Positions 1 to 11,282 of a DNA stretch of 64,000 bases are shown piece after piece. Each line of letters opens with the position of its first letter. Position 1 is the first letter of the stretch. This stretch comes from Octopus sinensis. Lineage: Eukaryota. Position numbers and translations under genes: made by a program. The notes below the pieces were generated by a model. It was given only the letters and a program-made list of their open reading frames with translations, did no database searches and was not told the origin of the DNA. The stretch is taken from the NCBI RefSeq assembly GCF_006345805.1, contig NC_043012.1, positions 16,616,001 to 16,680,000 on the forward strand, given 5' to 3'.

Positions 1-172
1 GGCACACCCATACATATGGCACCAGAGTTATTTACTGGTCGATACGACAACAGTGTTGATATTTATGCTTTTGGCATCCTGTTTTGGTATATCTGTTCTG
101 GAAAGGTTCAACTACCAGTGGCGTTTGATGACTGTACAAGCAAAGACCATCTCTGGCATGCTGTTAAACGAG
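1..172 (+). CDS. DSTYK: Dual serine/threonine and tyrosine kinase, penultimate coding exon (starts before the window)
   Basis: Frame 1 reads [57 protein letters not shown], kinase subdomains VIII-X closely matching DSTYK as I recall it ([34 protein letters not shown]). Donor G|GTAATT at 172/173, phase 1. Confidence 0.93.
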
Positions 173-277
173 GTAATTCTTCAGTCTATCTAGCTCGTTG
201 TTCTAACTTCATATATTTTCCCTGTCTCTTCTCTCCCTTGTATCTTCTACTGTTACTACAACTGCTGCTACTCTTTT

Positions 278-718
278 AATAATAATAATGAAATTATTGC
301 ATACAGTGCTCAGGTGCACCACAACTTGTCAGACAGTGCATATAAAGCATATGCAGTAATGTACAAATGTCTGGAAAGCGAACAGTGTATGAGTCAGATA
401 CATGCTTGTGTGTGTATGGAGGGGAGAAAATCAGGTGTAGTGTTGGCGAATCTCAGGAAGCATGGAAGTTTTGAAGGATGCAGTGCTCCGACAACTAACA
501 ACTGATGCCGGCAGTTTGTTCCATGCTTCAGTAACTCTCAGCGTGAAAAAATGTTTCCTAAAGTCATGGGAGCTGTGCTGTTTTCTGACTTTGTAAATAT
601 GTCCACGGGTGTTAGACGGGTGGAGTTTGAAAAGGTGCTCAGAGTTATTGTTTGTAAGATGGTTAATAATTTTATGGGTGTCTGCCAAATTAGCTGCCAG
701 ACGTTGGAGTTTCAATTT
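278..718 (-). mobile_element. CR1-clade LINE 3' fragment with (TTA)n tail, in DSTYK intron
   Basis: ORF 431..715 contains NTRGHIYKVRKQHSSHDFRKHFFTLRVTEAWNKLP, a CR1 ORF2 C-terminal signature; same family as 62954..63510. Confidence 0.85.
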
Positions 719-1016
719 TGAATTAGCAAACTACTGTTTATCATATCCAAGAGATACTGTGAGCCGAGTCCATTGGGAAATACCAGCAAACATGCATGTG
801 TGCGTTCATTTGTGTCTGCATGCATGCCGATGAGCACACAAATACAGTAGCCAGTGTTTTACAGTGTTGGGTATACTTAATCCCTTATATATATATATTT
901 ATATATAAAGTTATATAAATAAGGATAAGATCAATATTTAAATACTGATCTTATCAGGTGGCCAGCATGAGAATAAAATCCTTTCAAAAGTAATAATTAT
1001 TTAAAATTATAATTAT

Positions 1017-1167
1017 AATAGCAGTCAAAACTTGACTCTAAAACCACATTAAATGTTCATATAGCACCAGAATTTTTAACTAGTTTATTTCTTTCACCTC
1101 TTTGTCTTCTCTCCTGGTGCTGTATGAACATTTAATGTGGTTTTAGAGTCAAGTTTTGACTGCTATT
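1017..1167. repeat. Inverted repeat, 54-bp arms, 43-nt spacer
   Basis: 1017..1070 is the reverse complement of 1114..1167 with one mismatch. Confidence 0.9.
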
Positions 1168-1209
1168 TCCAGCATGGTGGTATCTCTTAGATACCCTAAA
1201 TTATAATTT

Positions 1210-1264
<55 letters not shown>

Positions 1265-1265
<1 letters not shown>

Positions 1266-1335
1266 GTATAACAACAAACAAGATGAGGACAAATATCTGT
1301 CAAATGTAAATAATGTATATATGTGTGTGTGTGTA

Positions 1336-1366
<31 letters not shown>

Positions 1367-1443
1367 CATCATCATCATCATCATCGACGTTAAACGACGA
1401 TGATGATGATGATGATGATATATATATATATACACACACACAC

Positions 1444-1486
<43 letters not shown>

Positions 1487-1536
1487 CATTATTTACATTT
1501 GACAGATATTTGTCCTCATCTTGTTTGTTGTTATAC
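1265..1536. repeat. Palindrome of Penelope terminal-repeat 3' end plus microsatellites, centred on an RTE tail remnant
   Basis: tgtataacaacaaacaagatgaggacaaatatctgtcaaatgtaaataatg-(GT)n-(AT)n-(CAT)n is mirrored on both sides of cgacgttaaacgacg. Confidence 0.85.
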
Positions 1537-1730
1537 AAAGGCGAAACATGCCGCCCCCTCAAAATAAGGGTAGACAAACATCACAAAGCTGTGAAATGAG
1601 GGGACATTGATAAATCGGGTATAGTTGATCATGTATGGATAAATGGAGACCACCTCCCCCTGTAGGATGAAGTTAAAATAATAGACATAGAACACCACTG
1701 GAAAATATGAAAACTAAAAGAAGCGGAACA
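1534..1730 (+). pseudogene. Penelope-like element GIY-YIG endonuclease fragment (stop-disrupted)
   Basis: Reads YKGETCRPLKIRVDKHHKAVK*GDIDKSGIVDHVWINGDHLPL*DEVKIIDIEHHWKI*KLKEA, matching the PLE GIY-YIG pattern Y.GET.R.L..R..EH ... W..VKI.D.E....R..KEA. Confidence 0.8.
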
Positions 1731-2268
1731 AAATCTTGCAATACCGCGATTTGTCGGTCAACTACATTTTCTGTCCTGTGGCGTTCGAGACGTTTGGTGG
1801 GGGTCAGACCACTGACTGAGAGATTCTTGTCTTCACTAGCAACTTGCTTTGCAGAGGTAACTGATGCGGCTCATAAGGGCACTTGCTGTTCCAGCGCCAC
1901 AGCAACTCTACAATCGTGCTGGCATGCCTCAACATCCATTAGAGAGGTTTCCCAGTGATCCCAACTTTTCAACCCTAGGTGGTTAATTGTTTTGGGGTCT
2001 TTTGTTCCGTTTTTCTCTTTTCTTTTTTTTTTTTTTACTTTTTTAATTTTTTCAATTGTGATCTCTGTTTTGTCCAATTTTCTAATTTAATTTTGTAAAA
2101 CGGTAAACACTGTGAAGGCAATAAAGGACATTGAAATGCTTATGACTGAATCAAGTAAAGGATTACACACGCACGCACACACACACTTTAGATTACCCGT
2201 TAGAAGTTAAAAATATGTCACATATTTGAACTAACCTAAAATTTATTTCTCATCGCTACTTGGCGTAA

Positions 2269-2670
2269 TCTTTATATATAAAAGTCAAGTTGTGTGTCTG
2301 TCTCCTACGATTTAGATTCCTAACTACTCCCACATTTTGCGGTGCAGTGTGACCAAAAGCGGGTATCTTATAGTCGTGATTCATATCGAGCCCTTCTGGG
2401 TATTAGCGCGCGTCTACGATGAGTCTACAATTTTAAAAATAATTTACCATAATTTTTTTGCATTTTAATGCATTTTTTCGCTATTATATAAGGGAAGTAA
2501 CTCTCTAAAAATGTCTACGATGAGTCAACAATTAAAAAAAAATTTACTATCATTTTTTTTCCATTTTTAATGCATTTTTTTTTTTTGCTATTTTTTGGCT
2601 ATAACTCTCTAAAAATGCTTATATAGTCATTTCCCTTACAAACCCGAGCAACGCCGGGCGATACTGCTAG
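2269..2670 (+). mobile_element. Non-autonomous Helitron-like element
   Basis: Inserted between A(2268) and T(2671); begins TCTTTATATATAAAAG, ends CTAG; GC-rich hairpin CCCG-A-GC-AAC-GC-CGGG about 8 nt before CTAG; no TSD. Confidence 0.75.
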
Positions 2671-2705
2671 TTACTTATGCATTTCTTCAACATTTTTAAT
2701 TTCAG

Positions 2706-2938
2706 GTTTACGTCCTGAGAAGCTAAAAGCGTTCAGTCCTGAATGTTGGAACATTATGCAACAATGCTGGCACTCGGAGCCATCGATGCGGCCTCTCTTA
2801 GGGGTTGTTGAAAATAGATTACGCACCATTCAACAACTGGCATGGAACAATTTTGATAAAGTCAACCCGACTGAACTCCCTGCCAAAAGTCAGCCCATCA
2901 CAACCAAATGGTTCACGAGAGCCAAAACACCAATTTAA
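2706..2938 (+). CDS. DSTYK: DSTYK last coding exon
   Basis: Acceptor tttcag at 2705; phase-1 join gives G-LRPEKLKAFSPECWNIMQQCWHSEPSMRPLLGVVENRL...TPI* (subdomain XI, CW...RP motif); TAA ends at 2938. Confidence 0.92.
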
Positions 2939-2968
2939 TGTATGTCAAGTGTGTATGTATCAGAGAGT

Positions 2969-3002
<34 letters not shown>

Positions 3003-3713
3003 CGGGGGGGCGGGGTTACAGATATATTTTCACGTGTTTATTGTAAATTGAAACCGACGGGGGAGCCAATTACATTGTTGATTGACCTGTTAAAAACTAA
3101 CGCTCATATCTCTTTGAATCACACCTTATTGCCTTAAAAAGGAGGTTAATATATCATAGATTGGAGTACACAATGCCTAATAAATAGACTGAATTGCCAT
3201 GGCTGGAACGTCGTTGGACGTAATTCTGCTCCGTTAGAGATGGCCTGTGACTTAAAAAATTACGAAAAAAAAAGAAAAAAGTCCAGAAATACATAAACCC
3301 AGCATGAGTGACCTCCCTTGTAACACTTGTGACAAGCAAAACGGTTGTGTCCAGAAGTTTAGTATCACAACATATTTTACAAGATATTTTTAATATATTA
3401 TTCTAAATTTATATATATATATGTGTGTATTTTTTTTACATCATTTACTGAGAAAATTTACAATGAAAAAATTTGGGGGATGAATCAATATTATGAATTT
3501 ACATGTTTAAAGGAGAGAGAGAAAAATATGCTAACTTTAGCATGGGTTTTAAGTTACATATTCTGTTGTGATTTCTCCACTTTAAGCTTCTTTTGATACA
3601 CACACAGGTGTATGTGTGTGTATATATATATATGAAATAATAAAGGGTAAAAATCATTAATGATTTTTACCAAGTGGTCAGTAGTGTGGAAATAAAACCT
3701 CATAGGTAAATTT

Positions 3714-3950
3714 TATAAATATTTTATAATTATATACATAATTATAACAAGGGCTTGGCTTGTGCCGCCACTGAAAATCAGACGTCAAAAGACGCTATTA
3801 CCACCATAAATTCTTTGAGAAAAACACACTAATAGTGTGTTTTTCTCGAAGAATTTATGGTGGCAATAGTGTCTTTTGACGTCTGTTTTTCAGTGGAGGC
3901 ACAAGCCAAGCCCTTGTTATAATTATGTATATAATTATAAAATATTTATA
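3714..3950. repeat. Near-perfect palindrome, 117-bp arms, 3-nt loop
   Basis: 3714..3830 vs 3834..3950, about 5 mismatches counted by eye. Confidence 0.9.
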
Positions 3951-3955
3951 TTTTG

Positions 3956-4015
<60 letters not shown>

Positions 4016-7000
4016 CGTGCACTAACATTACACATATGTGTGTAATGAATGTGTATATACATTTGATGGAAGTTTATAAATATTCACCTGTTGCCTATTA
4101 ATCTATTGATCTGTCTGTTGTACCTTGGTACAAAGGTAAATAGATGTGTGAGTGTGGGCATATTTCATATGCTTTGTCATGTATATGTATGCAAATAAAA
4201 GTGGGAATAAAGCGTACATGTATGTGTGTGTGTGTGTCTGTGTGTGTGTGTGTGTGTGTATTGCAATGGGAGTTTGTATGGGTGCTAAATGAGACAGTTG
4301 GATACAGCTGTTTGGACGCTGATGATTTGACATGAACACCTAGACATTCAATTTATCTGATGCTGGACAGACACACATGCATGCACAGAAATATACACAT
4401 GCAGAGAGAGAAGGAGGGAGCTGTTAATTGCAGATGCACACTAACATAACTAGATACACACACATGCATGAACATATACGGAGAAGGAAGAGGAGGCAGA
4501 ACAAGAGACACGTTAAAATGTCTGATGTCAAACAAGTCAGCATTGAATCAATAGCGGCGAAATGGCTGTGCCGAAACAGTTGTGCCAAAACGGTTGTGCC
4601 AAAATGTCTCATCATGATATGGGTGTGAGTGATTATATAATGAAAAAAGTATACAAAGGATGTATCTTAATGTAATATAAAACTATAAAAGCACAAAGGA
4701 TATTTGTGTGTGTGTGATTGGAAATTCATAGATGTTTATACTGACTATAAAAATAGTAAGAAAAGCAAGAAAAAAAAAAACAGAATGAAAAGATTTCATA
4801 GACTCTTCAACCCAATACATTTGGTGCTGTTGTCACATTCATTATTTCACTGTTCCATGTTCAAATCACACTAAGGTTGAACTTTCATTTTATTTTCGTA
4901 TGCCCGGAATTAATCAAGTGCCAGCCATGGCTGTTACTATCGTTGTTGTTGTTTAGTTCCAGTGATCAAAGACATTACAAACATGACCATTCAGCAGAGG
5001 ACTACATTATACGAGTCTTTCCAAACTTTTAAGACTGCTGAATGTAATTTGCTACTATTTCTAGCTGGTAGCATAACCATATTGAAGATCACTCATTGAC
5101 CTCTTCTGCCTTTGTTTAACCCCAGGTTAGTTCTGATCAAACAGACCCATAAAGAAGACCATTCTGTGTCCATCCTGTGTAATGTATCTAGGATTGCTTT
5201 ATTTTTAATGTCCTTCCCATTTTAAGACAGGCTGCAAGGTAGAATTCAAAATTTAGCTACTATTTCTAGCAGGTTGAGGTGACCAGATAAAGGCTACATC
5301 ATTGGTATTCGTATAGATGTTGAGTTGCTATGGAGGGTGAACAATAAGGTCCCAAAACAATTCGATTCTTTCATGAATTCACTTATTTAGTTTGGTACTT
5401 GATTGCTTCTATCAATTCTCTGTTGTTTGATCTGTTAGAATTAGCAAACAAATCTCTCAAGTTGCATGTACCTTCCCATCTTAAGAAAATTGAGTGAAAA
5501 CTCTTGTATCCAAATCATTTCATTAATAGGTTCTAAACAGTGAGAGTACCTCTAGGGATATGTTTACCTTGCTAGAAACAACAGCCAAATCTGTGGTCCT
5601 AAACAAAAAAAAAAGTCACATTGGATAGTATAGTCCTAGATGATCATAGTTGGAATGTCTTTGCTCATGCTCCTGCCAAACTGGGACTGATCCGAGACTA
5701 AACAACAACTAGACACTCTGCAAATATTAATCCTGTGTATTTATAGATTATCATCTTTAATCCATTTTACATAACTTATTTGGGATTTTTTTTTTTCAAT
5801 TTTTTTTTCCATTTTGATAATTCATGTTTTTTATTTATATTTAATTTTTATTTATTAATTTTTTTTTACCATCTTTGAAATATCAATCAAGTTTTTTTTT
5901 GTGCAAATACTTACGAAAATTTTGTTTTATCTTTTGATAATAATATTGAATATCAATTAACCCTTCATCTCAAATCCCCTTCTACTGTTTTGTTTGTACC
6001 TTGTTCTTGTGATGTATATGTCTTGAACCCTTGTGGCCTTCAAAAGAAGATTACCATTTTTTTTTTTTTTTCAAGCAGATGAGATGGCAGAATTGTTAGC
6101 ATGTCAGACAAAGTGCTTTGTGACAATTTCTTTCGACTTTACATTCTGTGTTTAAATTCTACCAAGGTTGACATTGCCTTTCATCTTTTTAAGGCCGATA
6201 AAATAAGTTCTCATTGAGCATTGGGGTCGATGTAGTCAACTGGTCCCTTTCTCTCAAAAATTACAGGCCTTGTGCCTATAATCAAAAAGACAAAAAGGCA
6301 TCAAACAGGCAGAATCTTTAACATGTCATACAAAATGCTTAGCAGCATTTCGTCTGTCTTTAAGTTCTGAGTTCAAATTCTGCCAAGGTCAACTTTTCCT
6401 CCCATTCTTTCAGGATCCATAAATTAAGTACCAGTGAAATACTAGGGGCTGATGTAATCAACTTGTCCCCTCCCCACAAAATTTCAAACCTTGTGCCTTT
6501 AGTAGTAAGGGTTGTTGTTGTGGTGATGGTGGTGGTAGTAGTATTAGATTGGCAGAATTGTCAGGGTATCAAACAAACTACCTGGTGGTATTAAATCCAG
6601 CTCTTCACATTCTGAGTTCAGATTCCATGGAGGTTAACTTTGCCTTTCATCCCTTCATGGTCAATATAATAATATTGCCGTCTGGTTCACTCACTGAGGT
6701 TGATAGAATTAACTGACCCCACCAACATTATCACTAAAATCGATGGTCTTGTACCTGAATTAGAAACCCTTAAGGGAAGCAAACTAGCAGTATTCCTTCT
6801 GAATCTTTGTTCTGAGTTCAAATCTCACCAGAGTCAGATTTCCCCTTCATTTTTCAGGTGTCAATAAAGTAAAGTATCAATAAAGTACTGTGGAGGCACA
6901 TGGATTCGAGGTTACAGTGATGTAATCCTGATCATTAGATTGTGATTTCCATTCTTGGAATGGGCAATGTGTTGTGTTCTTGACCAAATCACCCTGTTTC

Positions 7001-7070
7001 ATATTGTTTCACTCCATTCAATTGGTAAAAATGAGTGATCCTGTGACAGACCTGTGTCCCATCCAAAAAG

Positions 7071-7104
<34 letters not shown>

Positions 7105-7111
7105 AATTGAG

Positions 7112-7304
7112 GCGTGGAAGGTGCTTATAAGCCATTTAAGAAACGCACAAAAACCGTTAGATTCACTTCAACATTTAAATTTAATTTGTCAAAATATTTT
7201 TGTCGATTTGAGACGAAAATATTTTGACAAATTAAATTTAAATGTTGAAGTGAATCTGACGGTTTTTGTGTGTTTCTTAAATGGCTTATAAGCACCTTCC
7301 ACGC
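7112..7304. repeat. Near-perfect inverted repeat, 89-bp arms
   Basis: 7112..7200 vs 7216..7304, 2 mismatches; sits within a segment flanked by (AT)n tracts. Confidence 0.9.
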
Positions 7305-7655
7305 TGCAATAGTTTTCGTTCCAGCACATGATCTCAGATCAAGTCACTCGCTATGCAAGTACATCTCCGTAATATATATATATATATATATATAAATATG
7401 CCAGAGAAACCAGGGAACCTGTCCTTTGCTCCTTAAATGTGGACTAACTATCAATCAAGTACTGGCATTGATAGCACTGGCTAAGTTTTCCTTGCTACGT
7501 GACGAAATAAAAAGTTACTAAGGGTAACGGATGGGCAGGTTCATTTGAGCATCAAGCAAAATGCCTTGCAGCATTTCCTCCATATCTTTACATTCTAAGT
7601 TCAAATCTCACCAGAGTTAACATTACCTTTTGTTCTTCAAGGGTCAAATAAAATA

Positions 7656-8150
7656 CAGTGATACCTCGCAGTACAAGTTTAATTCATTCCGTGACCGTGC
7701 TCATCTTATGGTTTACTCATTTTACAAATCAGTTTTCCCCATTGAAATTAACTAAAATATAATTAATCTGTTCCAGTCCCCAAAAACCACTCAAAAATAA
7801 TTAATCTGTTCCAGTCCACCAAAACCACTCAAAAATAATTTTTTATGGACTTTAAAACAGAAAAAGTTTAGTTACAAGTAAAATCACAATTATTTCACTG
7901 GTACTTAAATGGCGGTGCCCCAGCATGACCACAGCTCGTGAGCTGAAACTAGAATCAATCAATATAAAAAAGAGAATGCAAAAGAAATATGTAAACTGGT
8001 TTTATTAACTGAATTACCTTAAAGATGGGACAATTTGTGTTCTCATACTGCGGATTTCCGCTTGTACTTCAGGACAAAAATTTGCATGAGACTCGGCTCG
8101 TACGACAAATTACTTGTACAGTAAGGCAATCATACTGCAAGGTTCTACCA
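7656..8150. mobile_element. Tigger/pogo-like non-autonomous DNA element (old)
   Basis: TA flanks; degenerate TIRs CAGTGATACCTCGCAGTA / reverse complement TGGTAGAACCTTGCAGTA; internal 38-bp tandem duplication and a SINE tail. Confidence 0.6.
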
Positions 8151-8520
8151 TACCTGTCAAATACCGGGGTCAGTTTAATCAATTGTGTCTTCCTACCAGA
8201 TGTTTGGTTTTGTGTGTATATGTGTATGTAAGAAATAATATAGGTGAAGTAGATTGGCAGAACTGTTAGAGCCAGCCAAATGCCTTGCTGTGTTATAACT
8301 TTCTGCATGTTTTGAGTTCAAATCCTTCCAAGGCTAGCTTTGTCTTTCATCTTTTTTTCATGGTCTATAAAACGAAATATCAGTTGAGTCCTGAAGATTA
8401 ATTCCATGAACTATTCCGTCCTTCAATGTGTAGCCTTGTGTCTATGTTAGAAAATGAAATAAAATTAAAACAAAAATACAGAAATTATTGCCTTTATTAT
8501 GATGATGATGATGATTATTA

Positions 8521-8551
<31 letters not shown>

Positions 8552-8669
8552 GGTGGCGTGCTGGGCAAAATGCTGAACGGCATTACGTTCATCTTTACAT
8601 TCACGGATCAAATTCTGCTGAAGTTAACTTTGCCTGCCTTTCATCTTTAAGGGGTCGATAAAGTAAATA

Positions 8670-8891
8670 CAGTAATCGCTTGACTATCTTGGGTGTTATG
8701 TTCCGCAACCCCTCATGATAGGTGAAAATCTACAAAGTAGAAACAGAACTGTACTGTATAGTTTTTTTATTATTATTTTTATAATTTGTATATATTTATT
8801 TTGTTATAAATGCAAAACACCATGGAGGAATCGATGTAAGCTTAAATAATAAACCGCAATAAGTGAACTGTGACAGGGCAAGGGATTACTG
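8670..8891. mobile_element. Tc1/mariner-pogo-type MITE inserted in a SINE
   Basis: TIR CAGTAATC(G/C)CTTG, TA duplicated on both sides; splits the SINE motif gataaa..TA|ccagtt. Confidence 0.8.
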
Positions 8892-8999
8892 TACCAGTTG
8901 CATACTGGAGTCAATGTAATCGACTATCCCGTCCCTCAAAATTTCAGGCCTTGTGCCTATAGTGGAAAGGATTATTATTATTATTATTATTATTATAGG

Positions 9000-9380
9000 T
9001 GCAGGAGTGGCTGTGTGGTAAGTAGCTTGCTTACGAACCACATGGTCCCAGGTTCATTCCCACTGCATGGCACCTTGGGCAAGTGTCTTCTACTATAAAC
9101 TCGGGCTGACCAAGACCTTGTGAGTGGATTTGGTAGATGGAAATTGAAAGAAGCCCATCGTGTATATATATATATATGTGTGTGTGTATGTATGTTTGTG
9201 TGTCTGTATTTGTGCCCCCCAACATTGCTTGACAACCAATGCTGGTGTGTTTATGTCCCTATAACCTAGTGGTTTGACAAAAGAGAGCAATAGAATAAGT
9301 ACTAGGCTGGAGTTGATTTGCTCGACTAAAGGTGGTGCTCCAGCACGGCTGCAGTCAAATGACTGAAACAAGTAAAAGAA
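9000..9380 (+). mobile_element. tRNA-headed SINE family B with internal (TA)/(TG) microsatellite
   Basis: Head gcaggagtggctgtgtggtaag...ggttcattcc, body ggcaccttgggcaagtgtcttctactata, tail gactgaaacaagtaaaaga. Further copies near 21875, 30490, 31915, 37670, 40550, 43250, 44980 and 52975. Confidence 0.8.
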
Positions 9381-9559
9381 TTAATAAGGCTACAAACTGG
9401 CAGAATTTGAAAAGGATGAAAGGCAAAGTCCACCTTAGCATAATTTGAAATCTGGACATTAAGAGATGGAAGAAATGTCTCTAAGCAATTTATCCGGTGC
9501 ACTGATTCTGCTAGTTCACTGCTTTACTAACAACAATAATAATGATAATAATAGTTGTT

Positions 9560-10435
9560 GTTGTTTCAGAGTTTGATGAAAAGCCAACAGTTTTATGTCA
9601 AGGGGTATCAGTCGATTATATCCACCCCAGTATGTAACTAGTACTTATTTTATTGACACTAAAGAGACAAAAAGTGAAGCCGACCTTGCTGGCATTTGAA
9701 CTCAGAACGTAAGGACATATGAAATACCACTAAGCATTTTGTCTGATATATTAACTATTTTGCCAGGCCAATAATAATAATAATAATGATCCTTTCTTCT
9801 AAAGGTACAAGGCCTGAAATTTTGGCGGAAGGCACCAGTCAATTACGTCAACCTCAGTATTCGACTGCTGCTTCTTTTATTGACCCCGAGAAGATAAAAG
9901 GCAAAGTTGGCCTCAGCAGCATTTGAACTCAGAATGCCAAAACAGGTGAAATACTGCTAAGCATTTTCCCCGGTATGCTAACAATTCTGCCTGAACATGC
10001 TGCCTTAATAATAATAATAATAATAATAGTAATAACGGTTTCAAAATTTGCCACAAGGGCAGCAATTTTGGGGGAGGGGATAAGTCGATTAAATTGAGTC
10101 CAGTACACAACTGGTACACAATTTGACCTTAGCGGAATTTGAAGCTAGAATGTAAAGACAGGTGAAATGTCACTAAACATTTTGTCTGGCATGCTTATGA
10201 TTCTGCCAGCTCGCTGCCTTAATAATAATAATAATAATAATAATAATCCTACAAGGCCTGACATTTTGGGGTAGGGGACTAGTTGATCACATCAACCCCA
10301 ATGTGTTACTGGTGCTTAATTTATCGACCCCCGAAAAGATGAAAGGCAAAGTTGACCCTGGCAGCATTTGAACTCAATGTGATGACAGACGAACTACCGC
10401 TTAGCATTTCACCTGACGTGTTAACGATTCTGCCA
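9560..10435 (-). mobile_element. Cluster of 4-5 SINE family A copies separated by (TAA)n
   Basis: Recurring ...gatgaaaggcaaagt(c/t)gacct...ggaatttgaactcagaa...ctgccagctcgccgcctt units. Family also near 6080, 6320, 6550, 8250, 8560, 14020, 24060, 27990 and 54790. Confidence 0.8.
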
Positions 10436-11074
10436 TAATAACTTATTGTAAAATGTTCTGCAGGGCCAATTGAACCTGATGTGTTGTGACATCTGCAAAT
10501 TAGTTTTGAATACTTGTTGTGGCTGTATCATTTTGGTATGAAAATGTATATCACACAATCCGATTTTTATCTTTTCTTCACAACAGTATGTTCTAATAAA
10601 ACTGAGAGCTTGTGATCAACAAAAAAAGAAAAAAAAGGTGGTGAGGGAAAAAATATAAAATTTATAACATTTGGTTCTATGCCATTTCGTTATCCACAAA
10701 AGGAACAAAATTTCAGGTTGTGATATGATGTTTTCAAAATAAACTTGTATTGAATAAAATTGAAATATTCATAAGTGAAAATTTTAGTCACTTTAAAGTA
10801 ATTTTTGAAAGGATAAAAGAAAGAAAAAGAAGACCCCCCACACACACACACACCACAAAAAAAAAAGCAGAATATTATAGTTTTAGTAATATTCAACTAA
10901 TAAGAAAAAAATGAACAAATAGTAATGTCACATCTCTTGCAGTTTTAAAAATATGTGCTAATGTAAATAAAATTCATATATATACATATATATGCCAAGA
11001 TTCTGTCCATGTTATAAATGACTAATTTCATGTAATAAATATATATCATATATATATCACCTACAAAATGTTAT

Positions 11075-11282
11075 TCTTTTCTTCTTTTATTTGTTTCAGT
11101 CATTTGACTGTAGCCTTTAGTTGAACAAATCGAACCCAGGACTTCTTCTTTGTAAGTCTAGTACTTATTCTGTTAGTCTCTTTTGCTGAACCGCTAAGTT
11201 ACGGGCATGTAAACACACCAACTTCAGTTGTCAAGTGATGGAGGGGAGACACACACACACACACAAATATATACATATGATG
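11075..11282 (-). mobile_element. 3' half of a family B SINE split by the RTE insertion
   Basis: Matches the intact copies at 44980..45330 and 52975..53365 up to the internal microsatellite; the 5' half resumes at 13613. Confidence 0.85.

Noticed and set aside
1196-1599. ORFs rich in CV, YI, HT, D or H runs (here and many elsewhere)
   Set aside because: They are translations of (GT)n, (AT)n and (CAT)n microsatellites.
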